From: Deltaproteobacteria bacterium
GTDB taxonomy: Bacteria > Desulfobacterota > GWC2-55-46
Assembly (NCBI GenBank): GCA_016212705.1
Contig: JACREU010000081.1
Coordinates: 19,629-83,628 of the forward strand
Direction of reading: 5' to 3'
Length of the DNA: 64,000 bases
The number at the start of each line of letters is the position of its first letter. The first letter of the stretch is position 1. The notes below the pieces were generated by a model. The model worked only from the letters and a program-made list of their open reading frames with translations, was not told the origin of the DNA and made no database searches. Below are positions 9,079-17,168 of the stretch, one piece after another. The position numbers and the translations under genes were made by a program.

Positions 9079-9257
9079 TACTCGGCGTACGGCCAATTGC
9101 AAACCGGGTCGCTTCAGATTGCCTTAGGCACTGCCACTCGATACGGATTTGCCCGTCCGGCGAGGACCGCTCGGCGCGGGGCCAATGTCCTTCGGAAGCT
9201 ATAGAGGCAAGGGTATCCAGGCTCGTTCGATATGAACTTTGCCAGTCCGGCGAGGAC
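9079..9257 (+). repeat. Two tandem copies of the ~90-bp dispersed repeat family
   Basis: Copy 1 is 9079-9168 (tactcggcgtacggccaatt...gatttgcccgtccggcgaggacc). Copy 2 is 9169-9257 (gctcggcgcggggccaatg...aactttgccagtccggcgaggac). They lie between the divergent fhs and ykgJ-like genes. Confidence 0.75.
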
Positions 9258-9302
9258 TTTGGTATGGACTCAAAAGGGGCTAAAAAGTTATAATGTCTGC
9301 AT

Positions 9303-10019
9303 ATGACGGCGGATAAGGAAAAGTATGCCGCCTCTTTTGCCGAGGTGTGCACAAAGAGGTGCGGCGGGCTCTGTTGCAACCCGTGGTGGGGTATCATCTC
9401 CTACGGCGTCGTCAAAAAAGGGGGGCTCTCCGGCTTAAAGACGTTTAAAACCGAATTGACTACCGGCATAAGGGAGAGGGAGAAGCGGATAACCTCCGCC
9501 TATGTCACGGCAGAGGATTCCCCCAGACCGCTCTTCGGAGAGAGCGAGAGGTACAGCTTAAAACTCATGGGCGTCAAGAGGAACGGGGACGCACTTGAGC
9601 TCTCGCTCCTGGCGATGTTCGCCTTCCGTTGCAGGTTTTTATCAGAAAATAATTTCTGCTCAATACACCCGTCGCTTATGGACTCGAAGGAGATAAGGCC
9701 GCCGCATTGCGGGAACCTCGGCTCTCCTCTGGCCAAGTCCGGTGAAAAGTGGTACTGCCGCGTCATAGAGGCGGCGGGGTCCGGCGACGAGACGCTTGCA
9801 AAGGCCATAGAGGTCGAGAAAGCCTCGAGCGCGCGCCATCTGATGGAGGGCGCGACAACGGCGGAAGAGGCCGCCGAGAGGATAATCGAGGGGCTAAAGG
9901 CCTTCTGCATAAAGAGCTTCCCGGACCTCCTGCCTCGGGAAAAGGCCGGGACGCCCGGCAGGAACGACCCGTGCTGGTGCGGCTCGGGCGAGAAGTTCAA
10001 GAAGTGCCACGGGAGATAA
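9303..10019 (+). CDS. YkgJ-type cysteine-cluster protein with C-terminal SEC-C motif
   Basis: N-terminal CxxxCxxxCC cluster (CTKRCGGLCCNPWW), further Cys residues (FRCRF...CSIHP...PHCGN), and a C-terminal SEC-C metal-binding motif NDPCWCGSGEKFKKCHG. Confidence 0.7.
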   Translation: MTADKEKYAASFAEVCTKRCGGLCCNPWWGIISYGVVKKGGLSGLKTFKTELTTGIREREKRITSAYVTAEDSPRPLFGESERYSLKLMGVKRNGDALELSLLAMFAFRCRFLSENNFCSIHPSLMDSKEIRPPHCGNLGSPLAKSGEKWYCRVIEAAGSGDETLAKAIEVEKASSARHLMEGATTAEEAAERIIEGLKAFCIKSFPDLLPREKAGTPGRNDPCWCGSGEKFKKCHGR

Positions 10020-10024
10020 GGGAT

Positions 10025-10059
10025 AAAAAAAGGCCCCACCATGTTCGGCGGGGCCTTTG
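10025..10059 (-). terminator. Intrinsic terminator (read on minus strand) between convergent genes
   Basis: aaaaaaaggcccc-N12-ggggccttt. On the minus strand this is a GC stem followed by T7, immediately 3' of the 10089 gene. Confidence 0.6.
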
Positions 10060-10088
10060 AGCATCGATAGCTTGTATAATCAGAGCCT

Positions 10089-10850
10089 TTAGAATACCGA
10101 GCTCATCATCCTTGAGAAGTCCTCAGGGTTCTTATCCGGGCTCAACCCCTCTTCCTTTACGAAATCTATCCCCTCAAGCCCGCGGTTCCGGTAATAAAAG
10201 GGCCCCTGCTCGTCCTTCGGCGAGTAGGTGTAGTCCTTCTCAATAACGAACCTCTGATCGCCGTGGCAGGCGAAATACCAGGGGTCCTTACCCTCTCCTG
10301 AAGAGAGGAAGTAATTGAACGCCTCGATGCCGCCGACCTTCGTAAGCCTTACGGTCCTGCCGTAGCGTTTCGAGACGACCATCTCCGGCGTGCCGTTCTC
10401 TATCTTGCATAGCGCGGACATGTACTGGAGGAGGTCGACGGACCTGTACCCCTCCTTTATCTTTATCCCGTTGGCCGGGGCAGTGAGCTCGTTTAATGAT
10501 GGGAGCGAGTTCCTGTACACGAACGGCTGGGGTGAGGCGTTCAAGACTATAAAGAAGGCCTTAGCGCCGCCCTTTGGGCCTTCGAGCCTCCGCGTCTCAA
10601 AAAGCCCCCCGCAAACCGCGCCGTCCCCGTCTATCTTAAGCCCTTCAGGGCATATCGCCCTGAGCTCAGCCTCTATGGGCCCGGCTTCCTTTCCTGAGAC
10701 GACGGTCAGGTAGTCGTCTATCGAGTAGAGCGCATCCACGCTCCTCGACCCGAGGAGCCTCGCCCTCACACTCTCTTCGGAGCCGTAGGAGAGCGCGGGA
10801 AAGAGCGCCGGGAGCAGGGTAAGCAGTATGAGACAAGCGAGTTTAGCCAT
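10089..10850 (-). CDS. Secreted hypothetical protein
   Basis: 253-aa ORF with a clear signal peptide (MAKLACLILLTLLPALFPALSYG). I recognise no motif. Confidence 0.6.
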   Translation of the reverse strand: MAKLACLILLTLLPALFPALSYGSEESVRARLLGSRSVDALYSIDDYLTVVSGKEAGPIEAELRAICPEGLKIDGDGAVCGGLFETRRLEGPKGGAKAFFIVLNASPQPFVYRNSLPSLNELTAPANGIKIKEGYRSVDLLQYMSALCKIENGTPEMVVSKRYGRTVRLTKVGGIEAFNYFLSSGEGKDPWYFACHGDQRFVIEKDYTYSPKDEQGPFYYRNRGLEGIDFVKEEGLSPDKNPEDFSRMMSSVF

Positions 10851-11126
10851 ATTACCTCCTTATCGGCGACCGTTACAAAAGGCTTTAGGGATAGACGCAA
10901 AAATATGATCTGGTTTCAAGACCCGCTCATTGGTCTTAAATCTATCAGACAGAACCTTAAAAACTGATTAAGGGCTATGTGACAAGGGCCTGTGATCGTG
11001 GACGCTTTTGTGCGAACCGTGGGGTTGATATTAAGGCAATTGGCTTTTAAATGATGTGATTTTTGTAGGGTTTACTGACGACGCAATGCGGGGCTATAAT
11101 CGGGGCTGTACAACCTGGAAAGGGCC

Positions 11127-11156
11127 GTCCCCTCCCCCTTAATGAAGGGAGGGGAC
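11127..11156. repeat. CCCCTCCC/GGGAGGGG hairpin module
   Basis: gtcccctccc-cttaatgaag-ggaggggac is a 10-bp perfect stem. The same module type occurs at 37922 and repeatedly in 36191-36571, here again just upstream of a ~90-bp repeat copy. Confidence 0.75.
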
Positions 11157-11178
11157 GTACTGTCTGTCTGGCTAAGAC

Positions 11179-11267
11179 TACTCGGCGCAGGGCCAATGTT
11201 CCTCGGAGGGCCTTTTGGCTGACAAACCTTCTGACGATAGATACGGGCTTTGTCCGTGGGCTAGGAC
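11179..11267 (+). repeat. Copy of ~90-bp dispersed repeat family, overlapping the kamA stop codon
   Basis: tactcggcgcagggccaatg...gatacgggctttgtccgtgggctaggac. The last 7 nt (ctaggac) are the final Ser codon and the TAG stop of the minus-strand gene. Confidence 0.65.
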
Positions 11268-12433
11268 TCGGGCTCTATGTAGTTGAATATCCTGTTCTCG
11301 TAGTTTCTGAGGGTCACCCTCCCCTTTGCCTGTGAGAGCATGTATGTGGGGGCTATCGGGATCTTGCCGCCGCCGCCCGGGGCGTCTACCACGAAGGTCG
11401 GGACCGCGTAGCCCGTCGTATGGCCTCTGAGCTCTTCGATGATGTTTATGCCGACGGAAACCGGGGTCCTGAAGTGGCTCGTCCCCATAGCCATGTCGCA
11501 CTGGTAGACGTAGTAGGGGCGCACCCGGACTTTAAGGAGCTCGTGCATGAGTTTCTTCATGACCGTGGGCTTGTCGTTGACGCCCTTCAAGAGCACGGTC
11601 TGGCTCCCGAGCGGTATGCCTGCGTCGGCGAGCATGGTGCAGGACTTTACGACCTCCGGGGTTATTTCCCTCGGGTGCGAGAAGTGGATGGAGAGGTAGA
11701 GCGGGTGGTATTTTTTGAGCATGGAGACGAGTTCCTCGTTCACCCTCATGGGGAGCGTGACCGGGACCCTTGTCCCTATCCTTATAATCTCAAGGTGCGG
11801 GATGGAGCGGAGCTTGGAGATGTAGCTCTCCAGTACCTCTGTCTTCATCATGAGCGGGTCGCCGCCGGAGATGAGGACGTCGCGTATGGATTTCTTCGAT
11901 TTGATATATTTGTAGGCGTCCTCGAAACGGTCCGAGGGCATGGGCGGGTGTTCCTCGCCGACCATGCGTTTCCGGGTGCAATACCTGCAATACATGGCGC
12001 AGGAGTCGGTGACTATAAGGAGCGCCCTGTCCGGGTACCTGTGGACGAGGCCCGGGACCGGCGAGTGTGAGTCCTCTCCGCACGGGTCTATCATCTCGCA
12101 TGAGGAGACGCTGAACTCCTCGAGGCGCGGGATCGCCTGTTTCCTTATCGGGCACCTTGGGTCGTTCCTGTCGATGAGGGAGAAGAAGTACGGGGTGATG
12201 GCCATCGCAAGCCTGCCTGTGGCCCTCTTTATCCCTTCCTCTTCCCTCCTGGTAAGCGGGATGAGGTCCCGTATCACTTCAAGAGAGGTGATGCGGTTCT
12301 TAAGCTGCCATTTCCAGTCGTACCAGCACTCTGGCCGCGAGCCAGGCTCCTCAATATACTCGGCTAACTCTGTCTTGTACTTCCTCGCGGGATTACAACT
12401 GGGCGGCTCAGAGCTTATCGACAGCCCTTCCAT
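11261..12433 (-). CDS. kamA: Lysine 2,3-aminomutase family radical SAM enzyme (KamA/AblA-like)
   Basis: 390 aa with the CAMYCRYCTRK radical-SAM motif and KamA-type blocks (PYFFSLID, RYPDRALL, ISGGDPL, YVYQCD). AGGAGG RBS. Confidence 0.88.
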   Translation of the reverse strand: MEGLSISSEPPSCNPARKYKTELAEYIEEPGSRPECWYDWKWQLKNRITSLEVIRDLIPLTRREEEGIKRATGRLAMAITPYFFSLIDRNDPRCPIRKQAIPRLEEFSVSSCEMIDPCGEDSHSPVPGLVHRYPDRALLIVTDSCAMYCRYCTRKRMVGEEHPPMPSDRFEDAYKYIKSKKSIRDVLISGGDPLMMKTEVLESYISKLRSIPHLEIIRIGTRVPVTLPMRVNEELVSMLKKYHPLYLSIHFSHPREITPEVVKSCTMLADAGIPLGSQTVLLKGVNDKPTVMKKLMHELLKVRVRPYYVYQCDMAMGTSHFRTPVSVGINIIEELRGHTTGYAVPTFVVDAPGGGGKIPIAPTYMLSQAKGRVTLRNYENRIFNYIEPES

Positions 12434-12445
12434 TCGGATCTCCTC

Positions 12446-12721
12446 CTACCCCTGAGCGGGTTTTTCTGTTTTTGCGAAGCTCAGCTGCGGACTTGCGAGC
12501 TCTTCCATCGCTTTTTCAAAGGCTATCTTGTATTTGAACCCTTTTTTCAGGTACTTCCATATGTACTCGACCTTCTTCGCGTCCTCTTCGGAGTATTCCC
12601 TGAACTCCTTTTCACCGATGACAGTCTTCTGGGGCTTGATAAAGCCCTTCTGCTCAAGATAGTAGAGCTTTTGCCTTGGTATGTCTATCTTTGCCAATAG
12701 CTCTGGCGTCCTTATGCCCAC
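12446..12721 (-). CDS. MerR-family HTH transcriptional regulator (small)
   Basis: 91 aa, GTG start. The N-terminal HTH (ELLAKIDIPRQKLYYLEQKGFIKP) is followed by a helix typical of short MerR-like proteins. It lies 12 nt upstream of kamA on the same strand. Confidence 0.7.
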   Translation of the reverse strand: MGIRTPELLAKIDIPRQKLYYLEQKGFIKPQKTVIGEKEFREYSEEDAKKVEYIWKYLKKGFKYKIAFEKAMEELASPQLSFAKTEKPAQG

Positions 12722-12809
12722 CCTTATCTAAACTCCTCTTTATTAAAAGCCTGAGCTTGTATGAAAGCATTTTTAAGGTTATTCTTATTCTTATAACAAG
12801 TTTAAATTT

Positions 12810-12838
12810 ATTTTAGAGTTTAAATAAAAATTTGTCAA
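12810..12838 (-). promoter_or_regulatory. Sigma-70-type promoter for the merR-like/kamA operon
   Basis: The minus strand reads TTGACA (12838-12833), a 17-nt spacer, then TAAAAT (12815-12810). Flanked by direct AGTTTAAAT repeats. Confidence 0.55.
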
Positions 12839-13151
12839 GAGAAAAAATGTAGCAAAACCAAGGGGTGGTACTCTGGGTTATTGAGGAGGGGAAAAACCCG
12901 CTCGTTTTTTCCCCTCTATCCTAAAAAAGCACGAAAAGAGATATTTATCAGTGACTTTGATTCGAATTTCCCTTATAAACATATCGGTATATTGTTAAAG
13001 ACCTTAAAGATACCCAAGTAAAGCTCAGGAAGGGAGGAGGGCTGATAAGAGTTATCCAACAATAAAGGTAAGGGCAGGGCGATTGCTCAAAAACCTGCTT
13101 GAGCCTGTACCAAAAAACGGAGTGGTGGAAAAAACCTTTTAAAACAACAGC

Positions 13152-13179
13152 TTGACTTTCAGGCTGGATTTGCTAATCT
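13152..13179 (+). promoter_or_regulatory. Sigma-70-type promoter (extended -10)
   Basis: TTGACT (13152-13157), a 16-nt spacer ending TGC, then TAATCT (13174-13179), about 60 nt upstream of the ATG at 13242. Confidence 0.45.
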
Positions 13180-13241
13180 TTTTGGACAGGCTTTTTTCAG
13201 TAGATTTCACAAACTTAAAACTACCGAGGAGTTTAAATATA

Positions 13242-13919
13242 ATGTCCAGACTTTCTACTTCATGGCGTCAGGGATTTTTTGCGGATGTCGAGCCCATAAG
13301 GCTCATTGAGCCGCTCGCGTATGTGCTCGGCGCCCAGGACGAAGGCGAGCCCTTTGTCTTCAACTACACGGACGCGGTCCTTGTGGCAGGCCACTCCTGC
13401 CCGGCGGTCTCTGGGGCTTACAAACTGACAGCCAAGGCGCTAAAGGCCCTATACGGCAACGACCTGCCTGTCCGGGGCGAGATAAGGGTCCTTATAAAGG
13501 GCGGGCCAGGAGACCTCGCTTACGGGCCCCAGTCTCACGTCATCTCGCTAATAACGGGGGCCTCCGGCGCGACGGGTTTTAAGGGCCTCGGCGGCAACTA
13601 CGGCAGGAACAACAAGCTCTTCTTCGACGCGAAGGACGTCCAGTTCAACACCTTCATCTTCCAGAGAGAGGATAACGGAAAGGCCGTCCAGGTCGTCTAT
13701 AACCCGCAGGCGCTACCCGGCGACATGAGGATGAACGACCTCGTACCGCTTGTGCTCAAGGGCCGCGCGACAAAGGAGCAGAAGGAGCTCTTCTATTCTC
13801 TCTGGCAGGGGAATGTGAAGAGGATACTCCTTGAGGACGAAAAATACCCGGGGCTCTTTGAGGTAAAAGAGCTTAAAAATTTCTCGTTCCCAAAGGGGCT
13901 TGACGACTCGGCGTATTAG
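13242..13919 (+). CDS. Conserved hypothetical protein (weak FmdE-like GHxCP motif)
   Basis: The track ORF starts at TTG 13152, which coincides with the -35 hexamer. ATG 13242 has a GAGGAG RBS 10 nt upstream. The motif VAGHSCPAVSGAY loosely recalls FmdE-domain proteins. I make no firm assignment. Confidence 0.55.
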   Translation: MSRLSTSWRQGFFADVEPIRLIEPLAYVLGAQDEGEPFVFNYTDAVLVAGHSCPAVSGAYKLTAKALKALYGNDLPVRGEIRVLIKGGPGDLAYGPQSHVISLITGASGATGFKGLGGNYGRNNKLFFDAKDVQFNTFIFQREDNGKAVQVVYNPQALPGDMRMNDLVPLVLKGRATKEQKELFYSLWQGNVKRILLEDEKYPGLFEVKELKNFSFPKGLDDSAY

Positions 13920-13965
13920 CGCCTTGAAGCGGGCCCGTTAGTCCCGCAAGTCGAAAACTAAAAAA

Positions 13966-13996
13966 GGGCGGTGCCTTTCCGGCACCGCCCTTTTTT
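13966..13996 (+). terminator. Rho-independent terminator
   Basis: gggcggtgcc-tttcc-ggcaccgccc followed by tttttt. Confidence 0.85.
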
Positions 13997-14103
13997 ATCT
14001 TTCAGGTGCATTTTCCATAAAATTGTGTAAAATATCCCTGTTCTCTCATCACGCTGTCCTTTCATTTTTCTCATCCGCCAAAAAAAATCTCCAAGGAGGC
14101 TGA

Positions 14104-15093
14104 ATGGCTACCGGGACACCCCTTACGAAATTTCTTCTTGAAGAGCAGAGACGCTACCCCGAGTCGACCGGCAACTTCACTTCGCTTTTCTCCGACCTCG
14201 TCCTTGCCGCGAAGATCATATCGCGCGAGGTGAACAGGGCCGGGCTCATAGACATACTCGGCTCCACAGGCGCTCAAAACGTCCAGGGCGAGGAGGTCCA
14301 GAAACTCGACGAGCTCGCGAACGAGATGCTCATAAGGACGATGGAGCACGGCGGCCACCTCTCCGGCATGGCCTCGGAAGAGATGGAAGAGATTGTAAAG
14401 GTCGACGGTAAGTTCCCGAAAGGGAGCTACCTCCTGCTCTTCGACCCGCTCGACGGCTCCTCGAACATAGACGTGAACATAAGCGTAGGGACGATATTCT
14501 CGATACTCAAGCGCCCCGACGGATGCGATACCACAACAAAAGACTTCCTCCAGCCCGGGACCTCTCAGGTCTGCGCAGGGTACATACTCTACGGCTCCTC
14601 CACCATGCTCGTCTACACGACCGGCCACGGGGTCCACGGCTTCACGCTCGACCCCTCGGTAGGAGAGTTTCTCCTCTCTCATGAAAACATCAGGATACCG
14701 GAGAAGGGCAAGATATACAGCATAAACGAGGGGAACTCCAGGCACTGGTTCCCGGCCACATCCATGTACATTGAAAAGCTCAAGGCTAACGAAAAGGGTT
14801 ACAGCGCCAGATACGTCGGCTCGCTCGTCGCCGACTTCCACAGGAACCTTTTGAAGGGCGGCATATTCCTGTACCCCGCTGACAGGAAATCGAAAAACGG
14901 CAAGCTCCGGCTCCTGTATGAGGCGAACCCGCTATCCTTCATCGTAGAGCAGGCAGGGGGGAAGTCCTCGACCGGGGATAAAAGGGTGCTCGATATAGTC
15001 CCCGAGGAGCTCCACCAGAGGACGCCGCTCATCATCGGCTCAAAGGCAGACGTCGAGGAAGTGGAGAGCTTCTGGAAGTACCAGGAGGCCTAA
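14104..15093 (+). CDS. fbp: Fructose-1,6-bisphosphatase class 1
   Basis: 329 aa. The N-terminus ([22 protein letters not shown]) and metal-binding blocks ([33 protein letters not shown]) are typical of class I FBPase. Confidence 0.92.
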   Translation: MATGTPLTKFLLEEQRRYPESTGNFTSLFSDLVLAAKIISREVNRAGLIDILGSTGAQNVQGEEVQKLDELANEMLIRTMEHGGHLSGMASEEMEEIVKVDGKFPKGSYLLLFDPLDGSSNIDVNISVGTIFSILKRPDGCDTTTKDFLQPGTSQVCAGYILYGSSTMLVYTTGHGVHGFTLDPSVGEFLLSHENIRIPEKGKIYSINEGNSRHWFPATSMYIEKLKANEKGYSARYVGSLVADFHRNLLKGGIFLYPADRKSKNGKLRLLYEANPLSFIVEQAGGKSSTGDKRVLDIVPEELHQRTPLIIGSKADVEEVESFWKYQEA

Positions 15094-15116
15094 AGACGAC
15101 TTAAAGGGGTTTGACG

Positions 15117-15151
15117 AGAGGCGGGGCCGCGGGGCCCTTAACCCCGCCTCT
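15117..15151. terminator. GC-rich hairpin between convergent fbp and YHS-like gene
   Basis: gaggcgggg (15118-15126) pairs with ccccgcctc (15142-15150). Short T tract only. Confidence 0.45.
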
Positions 15152-15187
15152 TCTGCATAGGGGAGGGGTGAGGGTGACTAAAACTTC

Positions 15188-15568
15188 CTACAGCGCCTTT
15201 TTCATCCCGGCGAGATACTCTTCCGCGCTCTCCCTCGATTCAAAGTATGCTATGGACCCGTCGTCAAGCGCAACGATAAAGGCCTCCGCCTTGTTTATCT
15301 TTTTTCGAGATAGCGGGTCCTTCGTATAACGCAGAGCCGGGTCCTTTTTTATACGAGCCTCGCAGTTTTTACAGCATACGTAATATGTCCTGCCGTCTAT
15401 CAACACCTCTATCGTCGGAAAACCCGGCACCCTGTTTGCGACCATGCAGACGTCTTTGCTGTCAACGGTCTTCACCTCGGCCGTCGCGTAAGGGCAAAAA
15501 GAGGCCCAGGCCGCGATGGCGACGAGCATGGTTATCAATATCTTGACCCGCACCCTGTTTTCCTTCAT
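15188..15568 (-). CDS. Secreted YHS/TRASH-like domain protein
   Basis: 126 aa with a signal peptide. DVCMV...DGRTYYVCCKNCEARIKKDP resembles a YHS/TRASH metal-binding domain, and a second degenerate copy follows. Confidence 0.5.
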   Translation of the reverse strand: MKENRVRVKILITMLVAIAAWASFCPYATAEVKTVDSKDVCMVANRVPGFPTIEVLIDGRTYYVCCKNCEARIKKDPALRYTKDPLSRKKINKAEAFIVALDDGSIAYFESRESAEEYLAGMKKAL

Positions 15569-15580
15569 CTCCCCACCGCC

Positions 15581-16981
15581 TTATTTTCCAATGCAGAAGT
15601 TCTCGAATATCTTATCAAGTATATCCTCTGTCGTAGTCTCCCCGGTTATTTCGCCGAGGCCCTCAATCGCCGAGCGCAGGTCTGTAGCGACGAGCTCCCG
15701 CGGTAGCCCCTTATCTAAAGCGACGCGGGCGCGATCGATCCCGTCAAGGGCGCGCTCCAAAGAGAGCTTGTGCCGGAGGGATACAATGAGCTCTCCTTCC
15801 GCGGCGTCCGCTTGAGACGCCCCATGCGCATGTCCCGTTGCCTCCATGAATATCCCGTCCTTCAGGACCTCTATGCCGTCAGCCGTAAGCGCCGAGATAA
15901 AGGCGACGTTAAAGCCGCCGAACTCCGGCACCTCCCTCGTACCCGCGATATCGGTCTTGTTCATCGCCACTATGACCTTTTTGTCCCTGAGGCCTTCAAG
16001 GTTCAGAAGATCCTCTTCAAAATCCTCGGCAGACGCGTCGATTACATAGAGGATGAGGCCGGCGTCCTTGATTTTTCCGCGCGCGGCCTCGACACCCATC
16101 CTCTCGACGAAGTCGCCGGTCTCTCTTAAACCGGCCGTGTCCATCAGCCGGACAGGCAGGCCCCTTATGTTTACGACCTCCTCTATTACATCCCTCGTCG
16201 TCCCCGGGACATGCGTCACTATGGCGCGCTCTTCCATAAGCAGGATATTCAAGAGGCTCGATTTACCCGCGTTGGGTCTGCCGAGTATAAGTACCTTTAT
16301 GCCGTCCCGTGTGACACGGCCCTCGTCGAAGGTAAGGAGGAGGCGCCTTATCGCCTCCCCCGTCTCGCCAAGGACCCTTAAGGCCGCCTCCTTCGGCAAC
16401 CCGTCCATCTCATCCTCGGGAAAATCGAGCTCTGCCTCGAGATGGGCAAGGAGGTCCAGGAGACCCTCTTTTATAAGCGCGACCCTCCTTCCGAGCGTGC
16501 CCTGGAGGCGGCCAGAGGCAGAGCTAAGGGCCGTCTCGGTCTGCGCCCTGATAATGTCTATGACCGCCTCGGCCTGGGAGAGGTCGAGCTTGCCGTTTAG
16601 AAACGCCCTCTTCGTAAACTCTCCGGGAAGGGCAAGGCGGGCGCCGCGGGCCAATATCTCGCCGAGGACCCTCTTCAAAAGAAGCGGCCCGCCGTGGCAG
16701 TGGAGCTCTGCGACGTCCTCGCCGGTTGCGGACCTCGGCCCCTTCATAAATACCATAAGGGCAGAGTCGAGGTCCGCGCCCGAGGGGTCCTTTACGAGGC
16801 CGTTATGGAGATACCTCTCCTTTAAAGGCGCCTTTGAAGCCGGGTGAAATACGCCGAGCGCGGCCTCTATGGCCTTGGGCCCGCTCAACCTGATTATCCC
16901 GATCCCGCCTTCCCCCCACGCGGTGGATACGGCCGCTATAGTGTCGTGCATGTCGCTCATCTTCATATTCATAATTAGCAA
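15581..16981 (-). CDS. mnmE: tRNA modification GTPase MnmE
   Basis: DTIAAVSTAWGEGGIGIIRLSG N-terminus, G-domain (GRPNAGKSSLLN, DTAGLR, NKTD), and C-terminal CIGK tetrapeptide. The start is uncertain: TTG 16981, or ATG at 16972/16960/16951. Confidence 0.92.
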   Translation of the reverse strand: MLIMNMKMSDMHDTIAAVSTAWGEGGIGIIRLSGPKAIEAALGVFHPASKAPLKERYLHNGLVKDPSGADLDSALMVFMKGPRSATGEDVAELHCHGGPLLLKRVLGEILARGARLALPGEFTKRAFLNGKLDLSQAEAVIDIIRAQTETALSSASGRLQGTLGRRVALIKEGLLDLLAHLEAELDFPEDEMDGLPKEAALRVLGETGEAIRRLLLTFDEGRVTRDGIKVLILGRPNAGKSSLLNILLMEERAIVTHVPGTTRDVIEEVVNIRGLPVRLMDTAGLRETGDFVERMGVEAARGKIKDAGLILYVIDASAEDFEEDLLNLEGLRDKKVIVAMNKTDIAGTREVPEFGGFNVAFISALTADGIEVLKDGIFMEATGHAHGASQADAAEGELIVSLRHKLSLERALDGIDRARVALDKGLPRELVATDLRSAIEGLGEITGETTTEDILDKIFENFCIGK

Positions 16982-17106
16982 GGCCTGTCCCTGAAACGGT
17001 ACGTCGTTTGTTATTATATGAAATTATCGATATCCGGGTCAAATAAACCGCATGCAACTGGGAATCTCCCTTCCGTCGCCGGGGGACGGGTCAAGGGGAG
17101 GGCCAC

Positions 17107-17136
17107 AAAAAAAGGCGGGGGCCGAAGTCCCCGCCT
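17107..17136 (-). terminator. Rho-independent terminator after yidC
   Basis: The minus strand reads aggcgggg-acttcggc-ccccgcct followed by ttttttt, 33 nt after the yidC stop. Confidence 0.75.
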
Positions 17137-17168
17137 TTGACAATTTTGCCGTTCTTAAAAATCCGCCC

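Noticed and set aside
9035-9397. A 121-codon N-terminal extension of the fhs ORF (the track ORF runs 7385-9397).
   Set aside because: The conserved Fhs N-terminus begins at the ATG at 9034. The extension is read through two tandem copies of the intergenic ~90-bp repeat and has no protein-like features.
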